Of a DNA stretch of 64,000 nucleotides, positions 18,526-27,508 are shown in pieces. The position numbers and the translations under genes were made by a program. The stretch is from Candidatus Saccharimonadota bacterium. GTDB lineage: Bacteria > Patescibacteriota > Saccharimonadia > Saccharimonadales > Saccharimonadaceae. Location: positions 3,501 to 67,500 of the forward strand of contig JAFQXN010000002.1 in assembly GCA_017406905.1 (NCBI GenBank). The letters are read 5' to 3'. Below the pieces are notes generated by a model. That model searched no databases. It was not told the DNA's origin and saw only the letters and a program-made list of their open reading frames with translations. The first letter of the stretch is position 1. Each line of letters begins with the position of its first letter.

Positions 18526-18595
18526 TTTTTGTTGCACAAAAACTCAAAGGCGGGACTCGTTCTTCGAATCGAGCCCCTCATCACCCACCATTTTT
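18504..18595 (+). repeat. 27-bp direct repeat of the tRNA-Val 3' end (18504-18530 and 18569-18595); att-like scar
   Basis: TCGAGCCCCTCATCACCCACCATTTTT occurs twice, 38 bp apart. Confidence 0.9.
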
Positions 18596-18677
18596 TGTGT
18601 TGATTGTTCCATTAAAAAAACAACACGGATTCATCTGTGTTGTTTTAAATATAAATTATTTCTGTGCGTCACGGCGC

Positions 18678-19559
18678 CTAGCTATTTGCGCCTTTATTGA
18701 TTCTGTCTTCAATGTCCTTCGAAATCTTGCCTAAAAATTTTCCTAGTTCAGAATCGTCGATTACTCGCTCCGGCATCATCGGCTGATAGCCGGACTCATC
18801 ATTGCCTTTCCTGAGTTGCAATTTACCGTGATTCCGAGATTCCAATATTTCTTCGTTTTTTGCCATGTTGCTTGAAACCTTGATAAACTCTAGTCCGACT
18901 ATGTATAACTCATCAGGACTTTCCACATATTTTAACATTTCCCACGGATTAAGCAGAATGGTCTCTTCTCTCCCCCGCTCATTTACATATACCACTCGTT
19001 CTGCGTATTGGTTGGCGATCTCTCTCTTCACGTTCCCTTTTGTCGTGTTTTTATTAAACTCGCCAATATCGTCATAATCGTTACTCTTACCATTATCTCG
19101 ATTATTATTAGTTGTACCGCTGCTAATCACTTTTTCAATAAGAGCATGAAGTTCTGGCGATTCCTCTTTCGTTCCCAATACATAACCTCTATCTATTAGG
19201 TTTCGGCTGGTACCAAACTTCCAATGTTCTGCCAAATCCATGCATGCATCGCCGACAAAACACAGCTCATGAGGTGTCTCTGCAAACTGAGCCAAAGCAA
19301 ATGGATCATCATCAAAATATATATCTTCGCCATTTTTGCTTTCATATAACACTCGTTCCGCGTATTGCTTTACTAGTTGTCTTCTACCAATTTTATCGCT
19401 TAACTTATTGACATCCAAATCGCCAGTTTCATCAGATTTCAATAGACTATCTAAATCTTGTGGCTGCTGCCTATCTTCCCATTTCATCTTTGTTAAATCG
19501 TCCCACTGATGCCCTAATTGGTTTGGGCTATTGCTATTGGATTCTCCAGATTTCTCCAT
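18678..19559 (-). CDS. hypothetical acidic protein with an internal two-fold repeat
   Basis: QYAERVLYES..ETPHELCFVG versus QYAERVVYVN..ESPDELYIVG. Likely start MEKSGE at 19559. Confidence 0.75.
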   Translation of the reverse strand: MEKSGESNSNSPNQLGHQWDDLTKMKWEDRQQPQDLDSLLKSDETGDLDVNKLSDKIGRRQLVKQYAERVLYESKNGEDIYFDDDPFALAQFAETPHELCFVGDACMDLAEHWKFGTSRNLIDRGYVLGTKEESPELHALIEKVISSGTTNNNRDNGKSNDYDDIGEFNKNTTKGNVKREIANQYAERVVYVNERGREETILLNPWEMLKYVESPDELYIVGLEFIKVSSNMAKNEEILESRNHGKLQLRKGNDESGYQPMMPERVIDDSELGKFLGKISKDIEDRINKGANS

Positions 19560-19801
19560 GGCTGAGTGACCTTGTTTAGTTGATGAGGGCGGGCACATTA
19601 AAAATGGCACCGCAAGGGGTGCTACAACCAAATATATTACGGATTTCGCTCCATAAAACATTTGTTACCTTACGGTGCCAATTATATGTTCCATGAAGCT
19701 CCGTGATATAAAAATCGCGAATCCTTATAATATATTTAATTGTAGCAATTTTATTGTATCACGTTTACGATTTTTTGAGAAGACTAATTTGTGATGATGG
19801 G

Positions 19802-21427
19802 CTATTTTTTGACGATTTTTTTGGTGACATCAAACTTCTCCATGTAGAGGCCTAGCATGAGGCGAGTTTGTGCATAATAAGCCGCGAGCGACTGATACAA
19901 AATAGAAGTAATAGGCATGAGAATCCACTGCAGGAGCATGAAAACACTCCGGCTTTTGTGGTATTTGGCGGGGCGCTTCGGTAGGATGCGGAAAGAAATT
20001 AGGACAGTGATAATTAAGCCAATCATAGCAAAAGTCTCTACCCAGCTGACGATGTTGGGGAGATTGTAGGCAACCATAGTGTGGGAGGAATAGTTCATGA
20101 TCATTGGCACCCAGCCACCAAAAGTAATCAGTGGCGCCATGATAGCCAGCGTGACGTGGCCGTCTAGTAAGCGCCAGAATTTAGGAAAAAGCTGCCAAAA
20201 CGGCATCACGCGCTTACTTTTGGGAACGAAAAGCTTGGAGCCAACATAGGCTACGTCACTAGCACCGTAATACCAACGGCGTACCTGGATAAATTGGGCT
20301 TTGACTGTCTTCCAGAAAGTCTCGTCAATGACGGCGTCTTGATAAATGGGGATACGAATGGGTAAAACGGAGTAATCGCCGTCGAAAAAGAAGAGGCTGC
20401 GCCAGTACTGGTGGCCGTCTTCGACAATAGTGCGCTTGCTCCAAAAATCCATAGCCTTGAGAGCCTGAAGTGGCTGTGAATGGCTGGCAAAATTACGCAG
20501 TAAATGTGGGCGCATAGTAGTAATAATATTGAAGAAAGAATTGGAAACCGCAATAACACGAGTGGGGGCAGGAGCATCCCAGATATTGTTCATAAAAAGA
20601 GAGACCGGCTGATAACTGAGACGCTGGCGATTAGGGTGTGTAATAAATTCGTAAGCCACGGAATCTAGGTATTTCTCGGCCATGCGATTATCACTATCTA
20701 GAGAGGTGACGATGATGTTCTCGATAGGGAGGTGCTTCTTATCTACGTAATCGGCGACGGCGTGCCCAGCGTAAGTGAGATTAGGGCCTTTGCCGATGAC
20801 CTCACCATGGAGATTGGCGGGGTGCTTGACGAGAAGGAAATCTTTGAAAACACCTTTGTATTTTTGTTTGAGAGCGAGAGCGGTTTGCTCCATCGCTTCC
20901 CCGCCCCGCTCTTCGTAAGCTAAGGCAAAAATAATGTGGTCGTTTGGGAAAGTGGTATCTTGTACGGCCTTGATGGACGGAGAGAGAACGTCTTCGCCTT
21001 CATCGTAGGCGGTCATAATGACAACGTGATGAATTTTGGTGGGATCGGGATATTCTTTATGCATGGCTGCCATCATTTTGAGATTAGCAAGGTGCTCCTC
21101 AAAATGATAACTTTTGTTATCGTCGTCGCGCAGGCGCTCGTAGGCCTCATGTGGGTTAGCGAGGTCTTCTACACGCTTGCGCCAATTAATGCGCTCTGCC
21201 CTTTTGATGACGTTGTAGCCCTGTACTGTGCGATAGGCGACGCCGATGGCTTTAACTAATGTGGCGGTGATAAGGATGAATAAATAAATTGCCCCGAGGA
21301 TAGGATCTAGCCACGATAGTATGAACAATAAAATTATAGCGCCGTAAGAAATCAAACCTGGAAGAATCTCAAGGAAACGATAAAGTTTGGTGCGTTTCCC
21401 TTGTGGAATTTCGAGATTTTTGCGCAT
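19802..21427 (-). CDS. membrane glycosyltransferase family 2
   Basis: TSLDSD (DxD), IVEDGHQ, QVRRW (QxxRW); N- and C-terminal TM helices. Confidence 0.9.
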   Translation of the reverse strand: MRKNLEIPQGKRTKLYRFLEILPGLISYGAIILLFILSWLDPILGAIYLFILITATLVKAIGVAYRTVQGYNVIKRAERINWRKRVEDLANPHEAYERLRDDDNKSYHFEEHLANLKMMAAMHKEYPDPTKIHHVVIMTAYDEGEDVLSPSIKAVQDTTFPNDHIIFALAYEERGGEAMEQTALALKQKYKGVFKDFLLVKHPANLHGEVIGKGPNLTYAGHAVADYVDKKHLPIENIIVTSLDSDNRMAEKYLDSVAYEFITHPNRQRLSYQPVSLFMNNIWDAPAPTRVIAVSNSFFNIITTMRPHLLRNFASHSQPLQALKAMDFWSKRTIVEDGHQYWRSLFFFDGDYSVLPIRIPIYQDAVIDETFWKTVKAQFIQVRRWYYGASDVAYVGSKLFVPKSKRVMPFWQLFPKFWRLLDGHVTLAIMAPLITFGGWVPMIMNYSSHTMVAYNLPNIVSWVETFAMIGLIITVLISFRILPKRPAKYHKSRSVFMLLQWILMPITSILYQSLAAYYAQTRLMLGLYMEKFDVTKKIVKK

Positions 21428-21789
21428 TAGCCTTCTCCAAGTAGGCGAACTAATACGCAGAAGGTGCCAAGTATGAGTGCGGTGGTGATGATAAGGAAAA
21501 ATTTCGCCATGCCACTACCGCGCTTATGATAAATGCGGAGAGTGAGAAAAGTATGGATGACGCCAAAGGTTAAAGCGAGGAGTGGAAAGGCAATCATATC
21601 TACCCAAGAACCATCACGATAGCCCCCGATGTCGCCATAGCCGATTTTAACTACGGCACTGTTAGGATTGAGATGGATGATTGAAAAAATCAATAGGCCG
21701 ATTGAAAGAAGGATGTTGAGAATCATCGAGGCAAGAATGCCACGCTCGGAATGATAAATCTCAGCTATATCTTCTTTGAAAATATTCAT
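21427..21789 (-). CDS. small membrane protein
   Basis: 120 aa with 3 TM segments; translationally coupled to the GT2 gene. Confidence 0.75.
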   Translation of the reverse strand: MNIFKEDIAEIYHSERGILASMILNILLSIGLLIFSIIHLNPNSAVVKIGYGDIGGYRDGSWVDMIAFPLLALTFGVIHTFLTLRIYHKRGSGMAKFFLIITTALILGTFCVLVRLLGEG

Positions 21790-21791
21790 GG

Positions 21792-22385
21792 TTATTTACT
21801 TGTGAGCTTTGATACTACGGCGTTGACGTGCTGGATGAAGACGATATCACCGATAATGCCGATGATGCCGGTCAAAATCATGAGCCAGCCCACGAGAACG
21901 ACCACTGCGCCTGCATTAAAGGTGATGAAAATGCCCAAAACCAACATAATTAGAGCGAGAAGAATAATGCCCTTCCAGGCGGAGACGCCGGCGGTAGCAA
22001 GCTTGGTGGCGGTATTAACGCGGACTAGGGATTCGTAAATAATAATGATGCCTATAATAATGCGGAAAATATGCGCGATATCCTCACCAATCACGAGAGA
22101 GGCAATACCAATTAAAACTGAAACCACACCGGAGAGGAGGCCGTTATTAAAGAAATCGTTTTGACCTTTTACCATGAAATAATTGATAATCTGAAAGCCA
22201 CCTTTAACGATGAAAAATGCGCCGACGATATAGGCGAGAACCTGGATAATAGAATCTTGTAAAACGATAAAAAGTATGCCAAGAATCATCAATGCAAGCG
22301 ACTCGATAACGGCAGCCCAGGCGGATTTTTTGATGTCGTCACTGACCTGTTCGGCAGGGCGCTTGATAATTTCTACTTTGGACAT
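21792..22385 (-). CDS. HdeD/DUF308-family membrane protein
   Basis: Six-TM repeated pattern (ILGILF..IVGAFFIVKG..GVVSVLIG). Confidence 0.7.
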   Translation of the reverse strand: MSKVEIIKRPAEQVSDDIKKSAWAAVIESLALMILGILFIVLQDSIIQVLAYIVGAFFIVKGGFQIINYFMVKGQNDFFNNGLLSGVVSVLIGIASLVIGEDIAHIFRIIIGIIIIYESLVRVNTATKLATAGVSAWKGIILLALIMLVLGIFITFNAGAVVVLVGWLMILTGIIGIIGDIVFIQHVNAVVSKLTSK

Positions 22386-22471
22386 ATATTATCTCCTTAA
22401 TTATTTATATTATATCACAATATTGTGTTATAATGGAACAAGTGCTGGTGTCTTTACGGCTCGGCATGGGT

Positions 22472-22547
22472 GCCGATGTAGCTCAGTTGGTAGAGCAGCT
22501 CATTCGTAACGAGCAGGTCACAGGTTCGATCCCTGCCATCGGCTCCA
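22472..22547 (+). tRNA. tRNA-Thr(CGU)
   Basis: Cloverleaf GCCGATG...CATCGGC-T-CCA, anticodon CGT. Confidence 0.95.
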
Positions 22548-22558
22548 TTTTTTATTGT

Positions 22559-24052
22559 TTACGATGCTTTACGGGGTTTGCGTTTTTTCTTGGATTTATC
22601 TGGGGCGGCTGCGGGGGCGGGGCGGCTGGCGAAATTGAGGGCGTGGAGGAGCTTTTGGCGGGCGTGCGGGGTGATGATGCGGTCAAGCCAACTGGATTTG
22701 GGAGTCTGATTTTTAGAGGTGAGAATCTCTACGATGTCGCCTTGTTCTAATTTTTTGTTCAGGTTACTCATCTTACCGTTGATTTTAACACCGATGACGT
22801 GATCGCCAATCTCGGAATGTAGACGATAGGCAAAATCAAGAGGGAGTGCACCTTTAGGGAGGTCAATAATATCGCCTTTAGGCGTGTAAACGAAAATTTT
22901 GTCGGCGAAAAGGTTGATTTTGAGTTTTTTGAGATCAACCTTTTTACCTTCGCGTAGTTTAGCAGCGGTCATTTGAAGCTCAGTAATCCAGAGCAGATTA
23001 GTAGGAAGATGCTCTATCTTTCCCTTTTTATAGTTTTCAGTGAGCTTTTGTTCGTTATAGTAGAAGCTAGCGGCAAGCCCACGCTCGGCGTATTCGTGCA
23101 TTTCTTTGGTGCGGATTTGGAACTCAACAATGCGTTTGTCTTTAGTGATGACGGTGGTATGGAGAGATTGATAGCCGTTTTGCTTGGGCATGGCGATATA
23201 ATCTTTAATACGGCCGTTCATGGGGGTATAGAGAGAATGAATAACGCCAAGCGTAAGATAACAGGTAGTGATGTCATCGACAATAATGCGCAGAGCGGTA
23301 AGGTCATAGATTTCGCCCATATTTTGATTATGCTTGGCGAGTTTTTTGTGAAGTGAATAAACTGACTTCACGCGACCAGATAAGGAATATTTGATTTTTT
23401 CTTTTTTGAGAGTAGAAGCAACTTCTTGTTCGATTTTTTGGAGAGATTTGGCGGCGGATTTATTGTATTTTTCGATTAAATCTTGGAGCTCGGTGAAGCG
23501 TTTAGGATCAACGTATTTGAAGGAAAGGTCGGCCATCTCGACACGAAGCAAGCCCATATTGAGCCGGTCGGCCAGAGGAGCAAAAACTTCGAGAGTTTCT
23601 TTGGCGATTTTTTTCTGCTTTTCTGGTGGGAGAGCGCTGAGAGTGCGAAGATTGTGTAGACGGTCGGCAAGCTTGATAATAAGGACGCGAATATCGTCGC
23701 CGAGCGCAATCATGAGTCGGAGAAAGTTGTCTCTGGTGGCTGGAAGATAAGTGTCAATGTCGCGCATGCCATCGCGAGCGGTAGATAATTTGGTAACGCC
23801 ATCAACGAGGAAGGCCACAGTCTCGCCAAATTCTTTACGTATGTCATCTAGAGTAAGGTCGGTATCTTCGACGGTGTCGTGCAAAATGCCGGCGATAATG
23901 GTGTCTTCGTCCATACCCCATTCTTCAAGGATTTTTTTGACGGCAAGCGGATGGACGATGTAAGGTTCGCCGGTTTTCCTGAATTGACCATCATGGGCTT
24001 TTTTGGCTAATTCAACGGCTTTTTTAACTCTGTCGGAATCTTTTGCCTTCAT
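22559..24052 (-). CDS. rel: RelA/SpoT (p)ppGpp hydrolase/synthetase (HD-SYNTH-TGS, no ACT domain)
   Basis: HDTVED, IKLADRLHNLRTL, GRVKS, KQNGYQSLHT, EFQIRT, TGS VYTPKGD. Confidence 0.93.
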   Translation of the reverse strand: MKAKDSDRVKKAVELAKKAHDGQFRKTGEPYIVHPLAVKKILEEWGMDEDTIIAGILHDTVEDTDLTLDDIRKEFGETVAFLVDGVTKLSTARDGMRDIDTYLPATRDNFLRLMIALGDDIRVLIIKLADRLHNLRTLSALPPEKQKKIAKETLEVFAPLADRLNMGLLRVEMADLSFKYVDPKRFTELQDLIEKYNKSAAKSLQKIEQEVASTLKKEKIKYSLSGRVKSVYSLHKKLAKHNQNMGEIYDLTALRIIVDDITTCYLTLGVIHSLYTPMNGRIKDYIAMPKQNGYQSLHTTVITKDKRIVEFQIRTKEMHEYAERGLAASFYYNEQKLTENYKKGKIEHLPTNLLWITELQMTAAKLREGKKVDLKKLKINLFADKIFVYTPKGDIIDLPKGALPLDFAYRLHSEIGDHVIGVKINGKMSNLNKKLEQGDIVEILTSKNQTPKSSWLDRIITPHARQKLLHALNFASRPAPAAAPDKSKKKRKPRKAS

Positions 24053-24105
24053 ATATATTATTATAACACTTTAGATGGGGCTGACGCTTGAATGGCGGAT
24101 ATTAC

Positions 24106-24966
24106 TTACTGTGCGTCGTCATCGCCGAGTAGGCGTTTGATCAAAGATTTTAGCTCTGATTCATTTTTACATTTAAAGGTGAGGCTACGACCAGAAATGC
24201 GCGCGAGAATGTCGTATTTGGCGGTGAGAGCATCTTCTTCTTTGCGATAAGTATCGCGTTTGATGAGGGCCGTGGAAGATTTCTTCTTGGTCTCGGCAAA
24301 ATAGCGCTCGGTCTTACGGGCAGTCCAGCCCTCTGAGATGATTTTAGGTAATACTTTTTTAATGGTGGCTTCGTCGCAGGAGACAAGTGGACGCATGACG
24401 CCTTCGGAAAGTTTTTCCTTGACCATGATTTTTTTGACATCGTCGGGGAGATTGAGGAGGCGCATGGTGTTTTGGACGGAAGCTTCGCTCTTCCCTACTT
24501 TGGCGCCGATTTCTTGAGCGGAAAGATTGAACTGAGTCTTAAGCTTGGCGTAAGCGGTGGCGAGCTCGATGGCGTTTAAATCTTCACGTTGAGCGTTTTC
24601 GATAATGGAAAGCTCAAGGCGGTTTTGAGAATCAAGAGTACGAATGATGGCTGGAATTTTATCAAGACCAGCAATCTTAGAGGCGCGCCAACGACGTTCG
24701 CCGGCGACGATTTTGTATTTGCCGTCTTCTCTTGTGACGACAATGGGTTGAAGCACGCCATGTTCTTTGATAGAGGCAGCGAGAGCTTCAATAGCTTCTG
24801 GACTGAACTCGCGACGAGGCTGATCTTCATCGCGAATAATATCGGAGACATTGAGCTCTTTGAGCTCGCTTTCTTTTTTGTCCTCTATGGCGGTAGGATC
24901 AAACTCTTCGTCGATAAGTTCAGTGGGGATAAGGCTTTCAAATCCTCTACCTAGACCTTTTGTCAT
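24106..24966 (-). CDS. parB: ParB/Spo0J partition protein
   Basis: GLGRGFESLIP, QPRREF, GVLQPIVV, AGERRWRA, ENAQREDL. Confidence 0.96.
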   Translation of the reverse strand: MTKGLGRGFESLIPTELIDEEFDPTAIEDKKESELKELNVSDIIRDEDQPRREFSPEAIEALAASIKEHGVLQPIVVTREDGKYKIVAGERRWRASKIAGLDKIPAIIRTLDSQNRLELSIIENAQREDLNAIELATAYAKLKTQFNLSAQEIGAKVGKSEASVQNTMRLLNLPDDVKKIMVKEKLSEGVMRPLVSCDEATIKKVLPKIISEGWTARKTERYFAETKKKSSTALIKRDTYRKEEDALTAKYDILARISGRSLTFKCKNESELKSLIKRLLGDDDAQ

Positions 24967-25741
24967 TTTTCCATGTCCTTTCTTCTACTTCTTTTGTAAA
25001 TTCTTTATAGGCTTTAGCGCCTTTACTAAATTTATCGTAAGCGCCAACCGGTACTCCGTGGCTGGGCGCCTCAGCGACGCGTACATTACGCGGGATGGTA
25101 GTATTAAAGGCGAGCTGCTTGAAGTATTTTTTGATTTCAGCGAAAACTTGAGGAGAAAGGCTGGTGCGCTTGTCATACATGGTGGCAAGTACGCCGAGAA
25201 GCTTGAGGTTGGGATTAGCTTGCTTCATGACGAGCTTCATAGATTCTAGAAGTTGCGCGACGCCTTCTAGGGCGTAGAATTCAGTCTGGACTGGTAAGAG
25301 GAGATAATTTGAGGCAATCATACCATTGACGGTAAGAAGCGAGAGTGACGGCGGTGAGTCAATAATAATATAATCGTAATTTGGCTCTACAGAGCGGATA
25401 GCATCACGAAGACGAGTGAATTTTTTTTGCATATTGGTAATTTCGACTTCTGCGTTAGCAAGTTCGGGAGTGGCGGGAGCGAGATCGAAATGCTTGTACT
25501 TGGTGGGGCGAATGGCTTGTTGCATTTCGGCAGCGCCTAAAAGAACATCGGTCATAGTAAGACCAAGCTTTTGACGATTAGCCTTGTCGACACCAAGACC
25601 AGAGGTGGCGTTGCCTTGAGGATCGAAATCGATAAGGAGAGTTTTGAATTTGTCTTTGGAGAGGTAATACGATAGATTGACGGCTGTCGTGGTCTTCCCT
25701 ACGCCGCCTTTTTGGTTCGTAACACAAATTACCTTCGCCAT
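24947..25741 (-). CDS. parA: ParA/Soj ATPase
   Basis: NQKGGVGKTT, DFDPQGNAT, DSPPSL. Likely start MAKVIC at 25741. Confidence 0.96.
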   Translation of the reverse strand: MAKVICVTNQKGGVGKTTTAVNLSYYLSKDKFKTLLIDFDPQGNATSGLGVDKANRQKLGLTMTDVLLGAAEMQQAIRPTKYKHFDLAPATPELANAEVEITNMQKKFTRLRDAIRSVEPNYDYIIIDSPPSLSLLTVNGMIASNYLLLPVQTEFYALEGVAQLLESMKLVMKQANPNLKLLGVLATMYDKRTSLSPQVFAEIKKYFKQLAFNTTIPRNVRVAEAPSHGVPVGAYDKFSKGAKAYKEFTKEVEERTWKNDKRSR

Positions 25742-25867
25742 AATACTTACGATTATACCATAAAATACTGATAAATAAAATAAAAATAGCCTAAAGGTGG
25801 CAGAATTTGCAAAAGCGTGCCTTATGGACACGCTTCGCAAATTTTAACCGCCTTCGGTTTGGATTAT

Positions 25868-26176
25868 TTAGGAAATTTTGGTGATTTCGATTTCGGTGTA
25901 TTTCTGGCGGTGACCAGTTTCTTTGTGTACGCGCTTTTTGGCTTTGTAGCGAATAACGCGAACTTTATCACCTTTAACTTCGGGCGTTTTGACTTTAGCT
26001 GAAACTTTTACGCCCTTTACTGTAGGTGTGCCAACGGTGGTTTGATCGCCGTCGATTACGAGTAAAGCGTCAGTTTCGAGCTCTTTAGTGCCTGCCGGGA
26101 GGAGGTCCACCCGTAGGGACTCTTTTTCGGCAACGAGATATTGCTTCCCGCCGACGAGAATGACTGCTTTTTTCAT
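25868..26176 (-). CDS. rplU: 50S ribosomal protein L21
   Basis: GGKQYLVAE, GHRQKYTEIEI. Confidence 0.96.
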   Translation of the reverse strand: MKKAVILVGGKQYLVAEKESLRVDLLPAGTKELETDALLVIDGDQTTVGTPTVKGVKVSAKVKTPEVKGDKVRVIRYKAKKRVHKETGHRQKYTEIEITKIS

Positions 26177-26200
26177 ATAGTTCCTTTATAGTTACTCGTT

Positions 26201-27508
26201 CTATTTTACCATATTATCTGGTTTTTGGGAAGAGTCTTCTTTAGGGGCGTCTTTGCCGGAGACGTTGCCTTCAACGGTTTTAAGGGTTTTACGGGTGCGA
26301 TAGAAGTAATAACCGCCGCCACAGATGCCAGCAATAATCACAATAGCGAGGACAATCTCGAGTGGGCCGGTGTTGGGCAGCTCTTGGCAGCCTTCCATTT
26401 CGGGGTTGGTGGCACAAGTTTTAACAACAACATTGCAATTATCACCAGTAACGGTTAGCGTAAGTCCGGCGTGCTTATTGCCGTCATTGGTACTAACTGT
26501 GACATTGTTAGTGATTTCATCACCACAATTAACGCCATCTTCTACAAGAACTTGATAAGTGACTTCGGCCCAGCCGCTACCACCAGCATAATCACCAATG
26601 CTCATACCATTTTCATTGATGATGTCGTCATTGACTTCTTTGCCATCTGGAAAATTGTTGTTGTATAATTTAGCACTACCTGCGACATACTGGAGGCCTG
26701 TTGGTAAAGTATCCCTTACTACTACATTAGTTTGATCCATAGTGCCAGTGTTATCATAGCGAACTTTGAAGGTGACAATATCGCCAGCTTTGACGGTGGT
26801 AGAGTCGCCAACTACTGATTTGGAAATATCAAAACCAGGGGCATCGGCAAAAATTTGGTAGGTGATGTACCCAGCGTATTCGTTGCAACCTGGGAGAATG
26901 CCGGAGAAATTGTTATAACCAAGTAAAGCACCGTCGCCGAAAAGATAATCTGGGCCAATAGACTGACCATTCAGAGCGCCTCCGTTATGAATAGTTGCCG
27001 TGCCAGGAACATAACGCAAATAAAGATCTTGATTAGGGTTCATATAGGCGCCGTCCCAAACTGCAAGTGGGTTAGTATCATTGGCAAAAATAGTAGCTGT
27101 AACTGTCGCTCTTTCGCCAGCTTTAACGGTAGCTGGGAAACTAGACTTAACGGCTGCGCCGTCAGCAATGCCGATGGCGGTCTTGCCAATATCGTGAGCA
27201 TCGGCGTTGTTGTGATAGTAGATATAGACCTCGTAAGTTTTCCCTGCTTCGAGGGTGACTTCGTCTTGATAATATTGCTGATTAACTTCGCGAATTTGGA
27301 CGAAATTGCGTTCGTCACCTACGCCAGGATTATCAGTGATAGAATTAAAGGTAGCATAGGGAGCAGGATCGTCCCAAGTAAAAGTGGTACGATCTGGGCC
27401 CCAAGGGGTATCTACTAAAGCAGAGGCCGAAGCAAAGTTAATAAGCGCTCCGGCTAGCATGCTAATTGCTAGAGTGGCTAAAATTGATTTTGGTAAATGT
27501 TGTTTCAT
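26201..27508 (-). CDS. secreted DUF11-type surface protein with LPNTG sorting signal
   Basis: Signal peptide, WGPDR..FNSITDNPGVGDERNFV, DUF11-like VKAGDIVTF..VVRDTLPTGLQYVAGS, then LPNTG-TM-basic tail. Confidence 0.8.
   Translation of the reverse strand: MKQHLPKSILATLAISMLAGALINFASASALVDTPWGPDRTTFTWDDPAPYATFNSITDNPGVGDERNFVQIREVNQQYYQDEVTLEAGKTYEVYIYYHNNADAHDIGKTAIGIADGAAVKSSFPATVKAGERATVTATIFANDTNPLAVWDGAYMNPNQDLYLRYVPGTATIHNGGALNGQSIGPDYLFGDGALLGYNNFSGILPGCNEYAGYITYQIFADAPGFDISKSVVGDSTTVKAGDIVTFKVRYDNTGTMDQTNVVVRDTLPTGLQYVAGSAKLYNNNFPDGKEVNDDIINENGMSIGDYAGGSGWAEVTYQVLVEDGVNCGDEITNNVTVSTNDGNKHAGLTLTVTGDNCNVVVKTCATNPEMEGCQELPNTGPLEIVLAIVIIAGICGGGYYFYRTRKTLKTVEGNVSGKDAPKEDSSQKPDNMVK

Noticed and set aside
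24076-24090. GGGGCTGAC matching the tmRNA 5' end between parB and rel
   Set aside because: Only 9 nt match, with no further tmRNA-like structure; likely chance.
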